From Azolla caroliniana (Eukaryota > Plantae > Polypodiophyta), in the NCBI GenBank assembly GCA_043228905.1, contig JBHGNT010000006.1:14508001-14572000 (forward strand): 64,000 nt of DNA, written 5' to 3'. Below the pieces are notes generated by a model. That model had not been told where the DNA came from and did no database searches. It was given only the letters and a program-made list of their open reading frames with translations. A program made the translations under genes and the position numbers. Of the stretch, positions 27,162 through 40,705 are shown piece by piece (position 1 is the first letter of the stretch; each line of letters starts with the position of its first letter).

Positions 27162-30100
27162 TGTTGAGAGACAAGCTCAACATCGGCCGGTTCGGCTGAA
27201 GAAGCCGAGGACCGGATCGGTTGGGACCGATCGGTTAGGCCGAGTGCGTAAACCGGGAGGTCGTTAGGAAAGATATTCCGTGAGGAATATATTTGGGAGT
27301 TAGTGTAGGGGCTCTTGATGAGCATTGAAGTACTGTCAGTTCTTCGGTTAGTCCTTCTAGGGCTTGTATAAAAGTGTTCATTGAGCACGTCTTATGTACA
27401 GACTGAGTATTATTGTTGAATATAGTTTTTTTTCTTCTCTCTCTGTCTCTCCTGCATATACCGTGTAAGCCCAAGCTCTCCATTGAACCTGAGTTTCCTT
27501 CCTCTGTTCTGTCTTCATACTTGCTTCCGCACGCTACTTTCTACATGGTATCAGAGCACGAGGGTTGAGAACCTCTCTGCAGCCGACACAGCTTGACGAA
27601 GAAGAACAAGAAGAACGATGGATAGAGGCATGGCGAGCTCGCTTCCAACAGAGAAGCTCGACAGAACCAACTACGCATCTTGGTCCTACAAGATGCACCA
27701 GTACCTGCTCGGGCACGCCAACTGGAGTTATGTCGAAGGATCTAATGACGCGGCACCCGAATCGACACATAGAGACTTCCTGTCGTGGGAGCAATCGACG
27801 AGCAGGGTATTGTACTGCTTCGTGTCGTGTGTGGGTGAACAGCTATTGAGCTATGTTCGGGATGCAAAGACGCTGAAGGGTGTGTGGGAAAATCTGAAGA
27901 AGATTTTCGCCGCGAGCACCACAGCCAGGAAGCTTCAGCTCCGACAGGAGTTGAGCAACCTACGACAACGCGACTTGTCGGTGGCGGACTATACCTCGAA
28001 GATCAAGGATATCTGTGACTCCCTCGCCTCCATAGAGGTGAACATCGAGGAGAGCGAGATGGTCCAGATCTGTCTCGGAGGTTTGGCGTCGAAGTTCGGA
28101 GCGTTCCGAACGGCTGTGTGTACTCGGGAGAATACGCCGTCCTTTTTCGACTTAGAGTCGATGCTTCTGGTAGAGGAGAACCACGCGGGTGCGTCTACAA
28201 GCACGCACACCGACAACAGAATGTCGTACACGGAGGGAGATAGGCCCCGTGGTCGTGGAGGACGAGGCGAGTCGGCACGCAATGGAGGCAGCAGACGAGA
28301 TCAAGAAAGAAGGCACCAAAGTGATGCCGACAGCAACTCTGGACCCTCCGAAAATAGGGGGAGTCGAAGCGATGAGAACCGGCAAGGGAAGTCCATCGCA
28401 GAGTGCTGGTACTGTGGCAAGAAAGGCCACAAGGAAAGTGAGTGCTGGAAGAAGCGCGCCGATTCGAAGAGAACTGGTTCCAGGAACGGCTCCAGACATA
28501 CCGACAAGGGAAATCGGCAGCGATCGCACTACGCCGAATACTCCGGGAGAGCCGGAGAAGGGACTGCCTTCGTGACGAGACACGAAGCAAACTCAATGAA
28601 ACAGACCACCCTTAGATCGGACGAGGTGTGGTACGTAGACTCCGGCGCGTCAAACCACATGACGAGCCATAAGGAGTGGTTCTCGTACCTTGAAAAACCG
28701 ATACAACCTCGAGTAGTCACAACAGGAGACGACACTCCGCATCTGATCGCGACTGTCGAAGAAGTTCCCCTTAGCCATGTCGGGCAGAAAGGGAAACTCA
28801 TGAACGTGCTGCACGTTCCGACAATGACGAAAAACTTGGTCTCGGTCGGACATATCGTCGACCAAGGGATGGAGGTTCGGTTTACACACCTCGGGTGCTT
28901 CATTGAGGAAGAAGGTCGTGTGATTGCGCAAGGGTGCAGAGACGGGAGGATGTTCATCCTCGACTCCACTGACGGCGGCACCGCAATGTTCGCGAAGGGA
29001 CAAAAGACCGAGTCTGACATCGACTTGTGGCACAAGCGGATAGGCCACGTCAACCACCAAAGACTTCAAGATCTGCAATTGAAACAAGTAGTGTTCGGAT
29101 TGCCCAAATTTAGTGGCCGAAGGGCACAAATTTGTGAAGCCTGCCAGCTCGGGAAGCAACACCGACTTCCTTTCCCCAACGAGCGAAACCGGAGCCGGAA
29201 CAAGCTCGACCTTATACACTCCGATGTGTGGGGACCGACACAAAACGTTAGTCTTGGCGGGAGCCGATATTTCGTCTCCTTCATCGACGACCACACGCGG
29301 CACACGTGGATCTACCTCATTGAGAGGAAGAGCGAAGTCTTCGACTGTTTCCGGGACCTCAAAGGGTTCGTGGAAACTGAAACGGGACGAAAGATCAAGT
29401 GCCTGCGGTCGGATGGCGGGAAAGAGTACTTTTCTGGTCAATTCAACGGTTACCTACAACAAATGGGAATTCGCCGCGAATTCAGTTGTAGATACACGCT
29501 GGAGCAGAACGGCGTGGCCGAGAGAAAGAATCGGTCGATTATGGAAGCGGCACGGGCAATGCTGGAGGAGAAGAGCTTGCCCAAGTTCTATTGGGCCGAG
29601 GCGGTAAGGACCGCGGTATACATCCAAAACTGGATCGGAGACAAAGTGTCAGCGCGCGAGCTATATTTCAGAACGAAGCCGAACTTGTGACACTTGAGGG
29701 TGTTCGGTAGCATTGCGTATGTGCATGTACCAAAGGAGAAAAGGAGGAAGCTGGACGCAAAGGCCGAGAAATGCATCTTGGTCGGTTACTCGGACGAGCA
29801 GAAGGGTTATGAGTGCTATAACCCTCGCACCAAACAAGCGCATGTCAGCCGCGATGTTGTGTTTGACGAGTCCGCGTCCTGGTACCTGCCCCCGACTACG
29901 AACCTCAACTCCAATCCGAACTCTGACGATGCGGTCAGCGAGGCCGAGATGCCTCCGGATGAGCCCGAAATCGAGACCCGCGAAGAGAGTCCTATTTCAC
30001 TCTGGTTAAGTGGACCAATTGGACGACTGAGTCGGTACGACCAGTCCGATGAAAAGCCGGCGAATAGTGGAGACTCGGCCGTGCATTCCCCGCGCAGGAA

Positions 30101-32822
30101 GCCGAGGAGACGGCTTACGCGCAAAGAGAAAGGGAAGAAGAAAGTGTCCGATTCCGGCACGGAAAGGAACGAGTTTGACCGACGCGAGTCTGACTCCGAG
30201 GGAACCGGTGACGGGTCTTTAAAGGTGAAGGCCGCGTCGACCGAGAAGGCCTTGACATCGGCTAATGTGAGATTACGTCGATCTACCCGCCAGAAGAACC
30301 CAGTTGTGCGGTTCGGATACAACGAGTACATGGCGCATCATTATGTGTACATGACTCGTGTAGCGGAAGTGTGTGAGCCGGAGAGCTATGCAGAAGCGGC
30401 TAAAGACGCGAATTGGCGCGCCGTGATGGAGGAAGAGATGCACGCATTGGCGGAGAATGAGACCTGGGACCTGGTTGATGCACCGAAGGGTGTGAAGCCG
30501 ATCGGGTGTAGATGGGTGTACAAAGTCAAGTACAACACCGATGAGTCGTTCACTCGGTACAAGGCTCGGTTAGTGGCAAAGGGCTACGCGCAGAAACACG
30601 GCATCGACTACGATGAGACGTTTGCGCGGGTCGCAAAACTGACGACCGTTCGTGTTTTGCTCGCAGTAGCCGCGGCCAAGGGGTGGCACTAACATCAAAT
30701 GGATGTAAAGAATGCGTTCCTGCAAGGTGACCTTGAGGAACAAGTGTACATGGTACAACCCCTCGGATTTCACTCCGGAACGAACTCCTCGGCAGTATGC
30801 CGACTGAAGAAGTCCCTATACGGACTGAAGCAAGCCTCGCGTGCCTGGAACGCGAAGATCACGCAACAATTGCGTTGGATGGGCTTCGTCACGTCAAAAT
30901 CGGGCTCTTCCCTGTTCATCTGGAAAGGTCGACTCGGACCGGTTAGTATATTACTATATGTTGATGACTTGGTCATCACCGGCGCCGACCTCGGTGAAAT
31001 CGACCGCGTGAAGCTCCAGCTTGCGGCATCGTTCGACATGAAGGATCTGGGGGACCTTCATTACTTCCTCGGGATCGAAGTGATCCATACCCCCGAAGGC
31101 ATATTGATCAGCCAACGTCATTATGTGCTGAGTATGCTCTTCAAGCTCGGGATGGCCGACTGTAAGTCTGTCTCGACTCCTCTGAACAGAACCGTCAAGC
31201 TTCCTCCCGATACGGGAAAGGTATGCGACCCGACGAGGTTCCGACAAATTGTCGGTAGCCTCATATACTTGACCATCACCCGACCCGACCTCAGTTATCC
31301 GGTCGGAGTGATTAGTCAGTTCATGGCGCGACCTACCGAGGAGCACCTTTAGTGTGTGCAACGCATACTTCGGTATTTCAACGGAACTAAGGACCGGGGA
31401 CTGCTATATCGGACCGGTGCAGCCGCGCAGTTAGTCGGCTACACCGATGCTAATTGGGCTGGCAACGCCGCCGATCGCCGATCCACGTCTGGATACGCCT
31501 TCTCCCTCGGGAGTGCCGCGATCGCGTGGTGCAGTAAGAAGCAGCCGATAGTTGCTCTGTCGAGCACCGAAGCTGAGTACCGAGGAGCGGCTGTCGCGAC
31601 ATGCGAAGCCATATGGTTGAAGCGGCTACTTAAGGACCTGCAAGAGGAGGTGACCGATCCAACGACGATCTACTGCGACAACCTCAGCAGCATCCAACTC
31701 GCGAAGAACCCCGTCTTCCACGCACGGACCAAGCACATTGAGGTGCACTACCATTTCGTCCGTGAGCGTGTCCTTTCCGGTGAAGTCGAGCTTCAGTACG
31801 TTCCGACGGATCGGCAGGCTACCGACATCTTCACCAAGCCTCTTGGTCTGGACAAGTTGCGGCAATTCTCAGGTGCGCTCAGTTTGCGTCACCTTGACAT
31901 GCCGAACTTGAGGGGGAGAACAGTCCCGAACGACCAAGCAAGGCAACAAGAAAGGAGCGGACACCGCGACACCGAGTCGGTTGACAAGTTTGACTTCGGA
32001 TCGGCTGAAGAAGCCGAGGGCGGACCCGCGGAAAAGTCCGGAAGCGGACAGAAGGGGAGCAACCAAAGGAGAGAGCCGAAGCCAACCACGTATGGGGAAG
32101 ATGACGGCATCGAGGGCGAGAAGACCGAAGACGAGTTGGAGACAGCCAACTCGGACGAGAGCAAAAACCGATCGGAGATAGCCGAGTCGGTTCGGATGTT
32201 TCATTCAAATACGCTTAATCAACCGAGGCCCAAGCGGAAGAAAAGGCAGTAGAAGAAGCGTCAACACCGCAACAACAGAAGAGCTGATGAGGGCCACATG
32301 AGCGGACAAGCCAACCGGAAGGGTCGAAGCGTGCGGAGTCGAACAGGTCGAGGACCGCGAGCGAGGCGTGAAGCCAGGAGGAACCGGAGCTGTGAGCCCG
32401 AGGATCCCGAAGAGCCTCGAGTTCAGCTTGAGGGGGAGTGTTGAGAGACAAGCTCAACATCGGCCGGTTCGGCTGAAGAAGCCGAGGACCGGATCGGTTG
32501 GGACCAATCGGTTAGGCCGAGTGCGTAAACCGGGAGGTCGTTAGGAAAGATATTCCGTGAGGAATATATTTGGGAGTTAGTGTAGGGGCTCTTGATGAGC
32601 ATTGAAGTACTGTCAGTACTTTGGTCAGTCCTTCTAGGGCTTGTATAAAAGTGTTCACTTAGCACGTCTTATGTACAGACTGAGTATTATTGTTGAATAT
32701 AGTTTTTTGTCTTCTCTCTCTGTCTCTCCTGCGTATACCGTGTAAGCCCAAGCTCTCCATTGAACTTGAGTTTCCTTCCTCTGTTCTGTCTTCATACTTG
32801 CTTCCGCACGCTACTTTCTACA
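27162..32822 (+). mobile_element. Full-length Ty1/copia element (Copia E)
   Basis: 384-bp LTRs at 27162-27545 and 32439-32822, differing at about 9 positions by eye. Perfect TSD ATTAT. PBS tggtatcagagc at 27546-27557. PPT at 32430-32438. Confidence 0.97.
27618..32252 (+). pseudogene. Copia E gag-pol in a single frame with three premature stops
   Basis: ORFs starting at 27618, 29694, 30699 and 31356 share one frame. Motifs: CWYCGKKGHKESEC, WYVDSGASNHM, IHSDVWGP, RSDGGKEY, LLYVDDL, CDNLSSIQLAKNPVFH. Confidence 0.95.
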
Positions 32823-33274
32823 ATTATCCACATGCTAATGGGTTAGCTAAGTCGACAAACAAAACCTTACAGAATATCGTGAAGAAAGCTGTCAACAAGA
32901 ACTAGACGGACTAGGATACAAAATTATAGTGGTCTATGGGCATATCAGACAAGTTTGAAGATGAGTATTCAGTTGACCCCATTCCGGTTTGCATTTGGGC
33001 TAGAGGAAGTAGTGTCGATCGAGTTCCAAATTTCGAGCTTGTGAATCCAGGTTCACGAGTGGCTAGGAGAGACGGAGTCGAAACACCCTTGACTCGCGCT
33101 ACAATTATAGTGGGAAGAAGAAATTTGCATAGTATGAGGCTAATGGAGCAAGACCAATGCCAGTGAAAAGCATTTGTTGACTGCCATACGAAAGGAAATG
33201 AAAAATCATTCGGGATTGGCAAAACAATCCTTGTTTATCAAACCCCGAATGGGGCAAATGCCAGGGAAGCACGG
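32823..33274 (+). pseudogene. Element A integrase, C-terminal part (resumes at 37085-37334)
   Basis: YPHANGLAKSTNKTLQNIVKK..., then GTLVGEILPKWVNGFRLKPY after element G. Confidence 0.8.
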
Positions 33275-34181
33275 TGTCGTGATGTTTTCCACACATAATG
33301 CGAAACCACCCTCAAAAGAGAATAAAGTAGTGGTCCAAATAAACTAATATTGCAAAGTCAACTTTTATACTAAATGATGAAAAGATAGTAAGGTAGAAGC
33401 GGTTTTTCAAAAGTAGATTAAAATAGAAAAAGTAAGAGAAAAAAAAATGCAAGGCGTGGAATTGAGGAGCAAGGTAGAGAAAAAAGCTCATAATTTCCTC
33501 ATCCGATGTCCAAATTAGAAAAGAAAAGATGCATAAGAAATCTAACCCAAAGAGTGTTCCAAGAATAACTTGCATGTGAAATTTGGGGCTAGAAAAATAA
33601 AATAATGATAGAAATAAAACACGACTCATATAGACAAGCTTTTGTTTAGGAGAAAAATAAAGCAAGCCATAAAAACCCTATAAATAAGAGCTATTCTTGA
33701 GAAGGAGGGGGGGAGATGGATAGGGATTTGAAGAAGAAAAGATTTATGTTTCCTCTCTCATACTCTTAATCCTAAAGGGGGATATAAAAAAATCATGTAT
33801 CAAACTAAGTCCAATATATGGATGATTTAATAATAAAAACTCTCTATGTTTCCTCTCTCATACTCTCTTAATTTAAGTTTTGCTTACGTATAGATATAAT
33901 TTAGTGCTACTCATACTCTCTTACTCTAAGTGTTCTTACTCATAAGTATAATTAATCATTATTCGATCTTGCATACTCTCTTACTCGAAGATTTGTTTAT
34001 GCATTAATATAATCAAGTATTATTCAATTTCTCATACTATCTTACTCTTATTTGAGGGAAATATCTTGTCTTAAAACTTAAAGTGCATAAATCATTCAGC
34101 CCTAAATCCTTCTGGTCCAGAACCCTTGCGGTTCCGTCTCACGATCTGCACTAGTTGGCGGATTTTCACGACATAATCAAG

Positions 34182-34199
34182 TGGTGAACCCGACGTGAA
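34182..34199 (+). promoter_or_regulatory. tRNA-Trp primer-binding site
   Basis: TGGTGAACCCGACGTGAA is complementary to the plant tRNA-Trp 3' end as recalled (…TTCACGTCGGGTTCACCA). Confidence 0.85.
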
Positions 34200-34277
34200 G
34201 AGGCGGTAGGAATGATTGAAGTGCCTGAAATACAAGATTAGAAGATGGCTTCTTTGACAAACTCCTAAGTTGACAAA

Positions 34278-35597
34278 GTGGTGATGTCGGTGGCTATTGT
34301 CGAGCATATGATGAGAGCTCGTGATAATGATGCAAGATTGGACAAGGCCATCGACCGAACCATTGAGATAGTGGGACAATTTGGCGGAAGAAATATTACA
34401 CATTTCCTGGCTATATACAAGACACAAATGCTAGAACTAGATGTCATCAAAGAGAAACAAATATCAAGCTTCAAGCGTGTCATGGAAAATGGGTTACAAG
34501 GCCGTATAAGGGAGATTCAAGCCACACAAACAACATAGGTGGGATTCGAAAGGGCACTTTTGGCTGAATATATGCTTGAAGACACATCGAGGATGACTTG
34601 ACACACATTAATGAAGTGGATCGAGAAGAAGAGGAAGAACATGAATTCATTGGGGGTGTACAACGAATTTGATCAAATGTACAATCATCTCCCAAGCACC
34701 GACCAAATGTTTCTCGAAGGAGATAAGGTTCTATACTTCTTAAATGCGGTGGATGTGAAAGATAAACGAGAACTAGGTAGTCTATTAGAGGATGAAACAC
34801 AACCCAATGGTCTCATAGCGGATTGGGTTGAGGTAAGAAGAGCATGTGAGCGGTTTGACAATTTTCTTCGATAGCTAGATGAATCCGACATGGGGAGGTC
34901 TATAGCTCATAGATGGAAGGCTCCAATAGCAACTAAGATGTCAAAGCACAGTGAGCGGACCAAAAGCACAATGGAGGACAATGACATCAGGATGAAGGTG
35001 GTGATGGAGAACACAATGAAGGAGGATGGAAAGTGTGCTGAGACTTCCGCCCCACTATTTCAAGATATTTGGGCAATGGTGGATGGGGACAGATCGATAG
35101 GTGGAAAAAGGGCTATTACCGAAGAATCATACCCAAAACAAATTAAGACCCAAGAGAAGGAAAGTGGCAGTGAGGAAGCAAAGGTCAAAGCCGATGCATA
35201 CGATGAAGAGGCAAGCATAATTGAGACATGCTTGATCGAGAAGGTCAATGGGTATGAGTCCCATGAGTTTGAAGAGATGGCCACAAATAAAGACTTAGAG
35301 GTAGAGGTGGTTATGGAAAACACAATGAAGGAGGACGACAAGTGTACTGAGACTTTCTCCCCACTATTTCAAGAGACTTGGGCAACTGTAGATTGGAACA
35401 TATTGGTCGGTGGAGAAAGGACCATCACCAAAGAGACATACCCAAACCAAATTAAGACCCAAGAGAAGGAAGGTGGCGACGAGGAAGTGAAGGTCAATGC
35501 TGATGCATACGATGAAGAGGCCAAACAAAGCACAATGGTGCACGACAAGGGCCATGGGAGCCAAGGGAGCCAAGTGAATTCGAAGGGTGTTCTGTGA
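34278..35597 (+). pseudogene. Element G gag with a duplicated acidic extension
   Basis: LDKAIDRTIEIVGQFGGRNITHFLAIYKTQM...; ORFs at 34278, 34611 and 34890 share one frame; two copies of VVMENTMKED...ADAYDEEA. Confidence 0.75.
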
Positions 35598-37848
35598 GAT
35601 ATGATCCCATCCTCCAACTCAAAAGGGGCTACTAGTGTGTAGATCAAACAAACGATAGTCAATTGTCACATTAAAGCATACCATGAAAAAGGAGGATATG
35701 GGAAACATGAAATGTGGTCATCCCAGATCTTGAATGTGAGCATGGGCTTGAAGCATGGGATACAAGGAATTGTCCAAGTCGATGTCAGGACAAGGCCTAA
35801 TGAAGACAAACTTGGATTGACGGAAGAAGGATTGATCATGGAGATGGTCAGAACGAAGACAGAACAAGCATAATGCATGAAGAGTTATGCTTGGGGAAGG
35901 CAAAAGAGGACACAAAAACCAATTGTGGTGGTCTAAAGCTCAGACGAAGGATTTGGTGGCTTAGATGGTCTCCATGGCTATGGTGGAAAGAATGGTCGTG
36001 GTGGCATTGGAAGAAGAGACATAAGGAACCAACGAGTTGGGTCAAGGTCAATCTCTATCATAGATAGTTAGGTTATGAAGAAAGGGAAAATATTAGGACA
36101 AGGATTAAAGATTTCAACTAGGAGGATACAACTTAATAACACACTTGGCACATACCGGAGGATGTGCAGGTTTGGTGGGGGTGGATGTCGTGATGTTTTC
36201 GACACATAGTGCGAAACCACCCTCAAAAGAGAATAAAGTAGTGGTCCAAATAAACTAATATTGCAAAGTCAACTTTTATACTAAATGATGAAAAGATAGT
36301 AAGGTAGAAGCGGTTTTTCAAAAGTAGATAAAAATAGAAAAAGTAAGAGAAAAAAAAATGCAAGGCGTGGAATTGAGGAGCAAGGTAGAGAAAAAAGCTC
36401 ATAATTTCCTCATCCGATGTCCAAACTAGAAAAGAAAAGATGCATAAGAAATCTAACCCAAAGAGTGTTCCAAGAATAACTTGCATGTGAAATTTGGGGC
36501 TAGAAAAATAAAATAATGATAGAAATAAAACACGACTCATATAGACAAGCTTTTGTTTAGGAGAAAAATAAAGCAAGCCATAAAAACCCTATAAATAAGA
36601 GCTATTCTTGAGAAGGAGGGGGGGAGATGGATAGGGATTTGAAGAAGAAAAGATTTATGTTTCCTCTCTCATACTCTTAATCCTAAAGGGGGATATAAAA
36701 AAATCATGTATCAAACTAAGTCTATTATATGGATGATTTAATAATAAAAACTCTCTATGTTTCCTCTCTCATACTCTCTTAATTTAAGTTTTGCTTACGT
36801 ATAGATATAATTTAGTGCTACTCATACTCTCTTACTCTAAGTGTTCTTACTCATAAGTATAATTAATCATTATTCGATCTTGCATACTCTCTTACTCGAA
36901 GATTTGTTTATGCATTAATATAATCAAGTATTATTCAATTTCTCATACTATCTTACTCTTATTTGAGGGAAATATCTTGTCTTAAAACTTAAAGTGCATA
37001 AATCATTCAGCCCTAAATCCTTCTGGTCCAAAACCCCGACGGTTCCGCCTCACAATCCACACTAGCTAGTGGATTTTCACGACAACGGTTCTGGTGGATT
37101 GTGTCTTGTTAGATTACCGATGAAGGAACCTACCAATTGGGCACATTGGTCGGTGAGATCTTACCAAAGTGGGTCAATGGCTTTCGGCTCAAGCCATATG
37201 CCAGCCAGACACCTCCAAACGCATTTGAAAACGTAGTGAATAGCGATGGGACACCAGGTGAGCCATGCTCAGTGGAATTATCATCGAAGGGCAGAGACCC
37301 CAGTCACTGTAAATGGCAAAGACTCATAATGTAAATTATGTGTATTTATGTACATATGACCATTCCGTTCCATTACCAATGAAAAAAAAAGCACTCAAAA
37401 GCTATTAAAGATGAACTCCGTGCATGCACACCGCCCAAACGTGGCATAGAATGGACCAAAGGATTTTGAATTTAGGGCACGTTGGAGCTCCTCAGGATAC
37501 ACAACAACCCCTAAAGACCCAAATTAGAAACAAACACATCATTTCTTGAACATAGGAAGCAGAAGGAGACCAAAGGACATGAAGTACTTCTCGCCAAGAC
37601 ATTGACCTACCTTGAGCAGTTGAGCCTCCCCACATAGACAAATCACTAGCTATGCCAATCAAAGTAACCCCCATGTTACGCCAGTGGCTATAGGACCACG
37701 ACTTAGGTGGCTACATCAAGGTCATGGATGCACCGCCACACCTGGACACACTAAAAATGGACATGTAGATCAAGGCGGACCATCTCACCAACGTCGTGAT
37801 TCGGAAGAAACTAGGGTTGAAACCCACGGGTGAAAGGTAGTTTGACGT

Positions 37849-38629
37849 TGTCGTGCCTTTCGGCGCCGGATCGTTGCGTGAGTCGGGTGGGAACCACTGA
37901 GGTTTTGGACTAGGAGAAAGAAGAATATGAGATAAGGCTAGTAATGAATAGATTATTAGAAAGAGAGATAGAAATTTCGTGAATCCCACGAGTGTATTGT
38001 ATTCGATTAATCAATATTTAGATAAGAATATGTATTTAGATTGAAAGAAAGATATAAGAAACTTGTGAATCCCACAAGTATAGATTATATTATTTTCGTG
38101 AATCCCACGATTATATTAATCGGTTGGTGTTTTCGGAAATATATCCAATTTCCAAATATTTCACACACCTATTACATTGTGCTCCCCATCCTTATGTAGT
38201 GATGAGGGAGTCCATGCTATTTTTTTTTCTAATATGTTCATGCACACTAAATGTGCATGTGATGCTTTTCTAATCCTTGCTTTTATTTGCTAAATATAGT
38301 GCTCATGCATGCTAGATGTGCATGAGTCACTTTTTAGTTGCTTGCGTTTTTCTATAAAATATTCAGGCACTCTAAAAATACATGATTTACCTTTTAATAA
38401 AGGTAGGCGCAAATAAAGCACTTATAGTTATTAAATCTATTTGCAAAACACTAAAGATAAGGTAGCATAATGGTAAAGTTGAGGTTTGGCTACGTGGAGG
38501 TACAGGGTTTGAATCCTGTCCTATGCATGTCATAAATATCTTGATATTCTTATTTTATTTATTTAGATGTAATTAAATCGGTTATATTATTTTTATTTTT
38601 TCACGTAGTGTACGAAATATATTACGACA
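37849..38629 (-). mobile_element. Solo LTR 1
   Basis: tgtcgt...acgaca termini; 4-bp TSD ACGT; removing it restores A's extra ORF. Confidence 0.85.
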
Positions 38630-38988
38630 ACGTCTCGCCCACCGAAACCCTCGAAGACTATATCGGCGAATACTCCGCCACGGCCAAGGCATACAGGACG
38701 CAATCCGGTCCTGATGTATTTTTTAGAGAAGTGGCCAAGTTTCTCTTGGAGATTACTTGCATACATCACAAAACCTATGGGATGCCGAAGAACATAGCTA
38801 GCCTGATCATAATGACATACCAAGGCAACATAGTCGACTAGGGCTTTTTGAGAGGAGCGGGTTTACGAATGGGCATCCTTGCCCTACAAGTGGGTAGAAA
38901 GGTGTTGTCGATCATGGCCCATTACCTATCGGTGTTCTTTTCTTGCAACCACCACTTGCCTTGCCAGAAAAGAAAGTGCCCGCAACAC

Positions 38989-39653
38989 TGTCATAGTGTG
39001 CTTCATACACTATGTGAAATGTGTATGGAGTACCCAATTGAATAAGTATAAAGAAATAGAAGAAAATAATAAAAGGTATGCTACATGCACAGGAGAAGTC
39101 TCAAACCCTATACCTCCATCTTAAGAATTTCAATTCTTACCATTGTACTAATATATTATGAGTGTTAAAGGAATAGATTTCAATATACAAGGTTATCCTC
39201 ATGCATATTTTCTAGGAAAAAGCTACTCATGCACATCTAGCATGCATGAACACTATAGTTAGAAAAAGCATGATAGAGAAAAGCTACTCATGTACATCTA
39301 GCGTGCATGAACACTATAGTTAGAAAAAACATGATAGAAAGAGATACTCATGCACATCTACTGTGCATGAACACTTTATTAGAAGAAAAAGCATAGATTC
39401 CTATGTGGTAAGAGATAGTTAGCCTCTCTCATCACTATATAAGGATGGGAGCAAAATGTAATTGGGGGTGGAATTTTGGTGGTATTATTATGGTTCTAAA
39501 TTGATTAATCTAATACACTATACTTGTGGGATTCATGATTTTCTTATCTCTCTCTTTCAATCTTATTTGTTTTAAATTCTTCCTTCTCCTAGTCCAAAAC
39601 CTTGGCGGTTTCCACTCAACTCACGCAACGAACAGGTGCCAAAAGGCACCATA
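38989..39653 (+). mobile_element. Solo LTR 2, same family as solo LTR 1, opposite orientation
   Basis: 39576-39649 is the approximate reverse complement of 37853-37925. Shared ~59-bp CATGCA-rich repeats and TATA region. Termini and TSD are decayed. Confidence 0.75.
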
Positions 39654-40705
39654 CCGCCACCGACACAACAATCACTGTTGGGAAAGAAACAGTGCCTAGT
39701 AGGCCTTCATCTCGGGTCAAGGACAAATTGAGTCCATAGCCCAACAAATGACATCAGTTGGATTAAAAGCAACGACTCCAGGAATAGAGTCCAAGACAAA
39801 GAAGGAAATCACCCAGCAAAAGGAGTCACAACGATAGACAGGGAGCACTGAGATCACCTTCATCACCATCTGACAACGAGGCGAGAAGCTGAAACCAGGG
39901 TTAGAGCAAAGTTCTCAACCAAAGAAGGGGCGGCTGGATAGAAAAAACTACCAAGGCTTGGCACAAGATGCAGGCATGGGAAACGCGGATGCTCTTTCCA
40001 AGGCATCCGTCGAGGTTAGATCTGAGCAAACAATAGCTACTACAATAACAAAGCTTACAGGGAAGTTACAGTAGGGCGAAATCTCTTTGATTTAGGAAAA
40101 TGAGGTTCTCTACTATTGGGAGATCCCACTAGCAACACACGAAATGGCTGCCATACTGCAATTCAGCACCTCATTCGAGCTAGTGATTACCTAGCCTAAC
40201 AACAGTTTGAGGCCACAGTGTGAATGGTAGAAGAACATGCACAACGGAAAATGATCCAATGGGCTTTAGCTAGCATTATGGAGCCAGAGGAGGATGCATC
40301 ATTGAACAAGATCGACCGGAAGTGGAAAGGGAACACATGCAACCTGGCAATTGAATTGCTAGTACTAAATATTGTTGTAATAAACTAATTAGTGTAAATA
40401 AGTAAATAAGAAAGTAAATACAAAACGTAACCTTATGATATGAAAAGGTGCACCCCAAAAATAGGGTGCACCTATAACCACCACATTCTCTCTCTGTGGT
40501 CGGTTGGTTGGTTGTAGAGAGAGAGACAAACACACATTATCATAAAAACATTCTTTCTCCCTCTCTTTCTCTCTCTCCCTTTCTCCCTCTCTTTCTATTT
40601 CTCGTTTACCATATGGTATCAGAGCGGTGAAGGAGTCCAACCCCACCAAGATTTGTGTCGCGGTGTTAATAACGAACGTGCGAATTAAAGAAACGACTTT
40701 CGACC

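Larger units (their letters stand above)
33275..37084 (+). mobile_element. Non-autonomous gag-only LTR element G (TR-GAG-like)
   Basis: 899-bp LTRs at 33275-34173 and 36186-37084. 4-bp TSD ACGG. tRNA-Trp PBS at 34182-34199. G-rich PPT before 36186. The 2-kb interior has gag but no PR, RT or INT. Confidence 0.9.

Noticed and set aside
29688-31355. Programmed stop-codon readthrough in Copia E
   Set aside because: The three stops fall inside conserved INT and RT motifs and fit point decay, mostly C to T.
33312-33665. Duplicated 117-aa membrane protein gene (also 36223-36576)
   Set aside because: It is an antisense frame of A-rich U3, present twice only because it lies in the LTRs.
37849-39653. 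A single TIR or foldback DNA transposon
   Set aside because: It resolves into two oppositely oriented solo LTRs. Solo 1 has its own TSD, and the middle is element A coding sequence.
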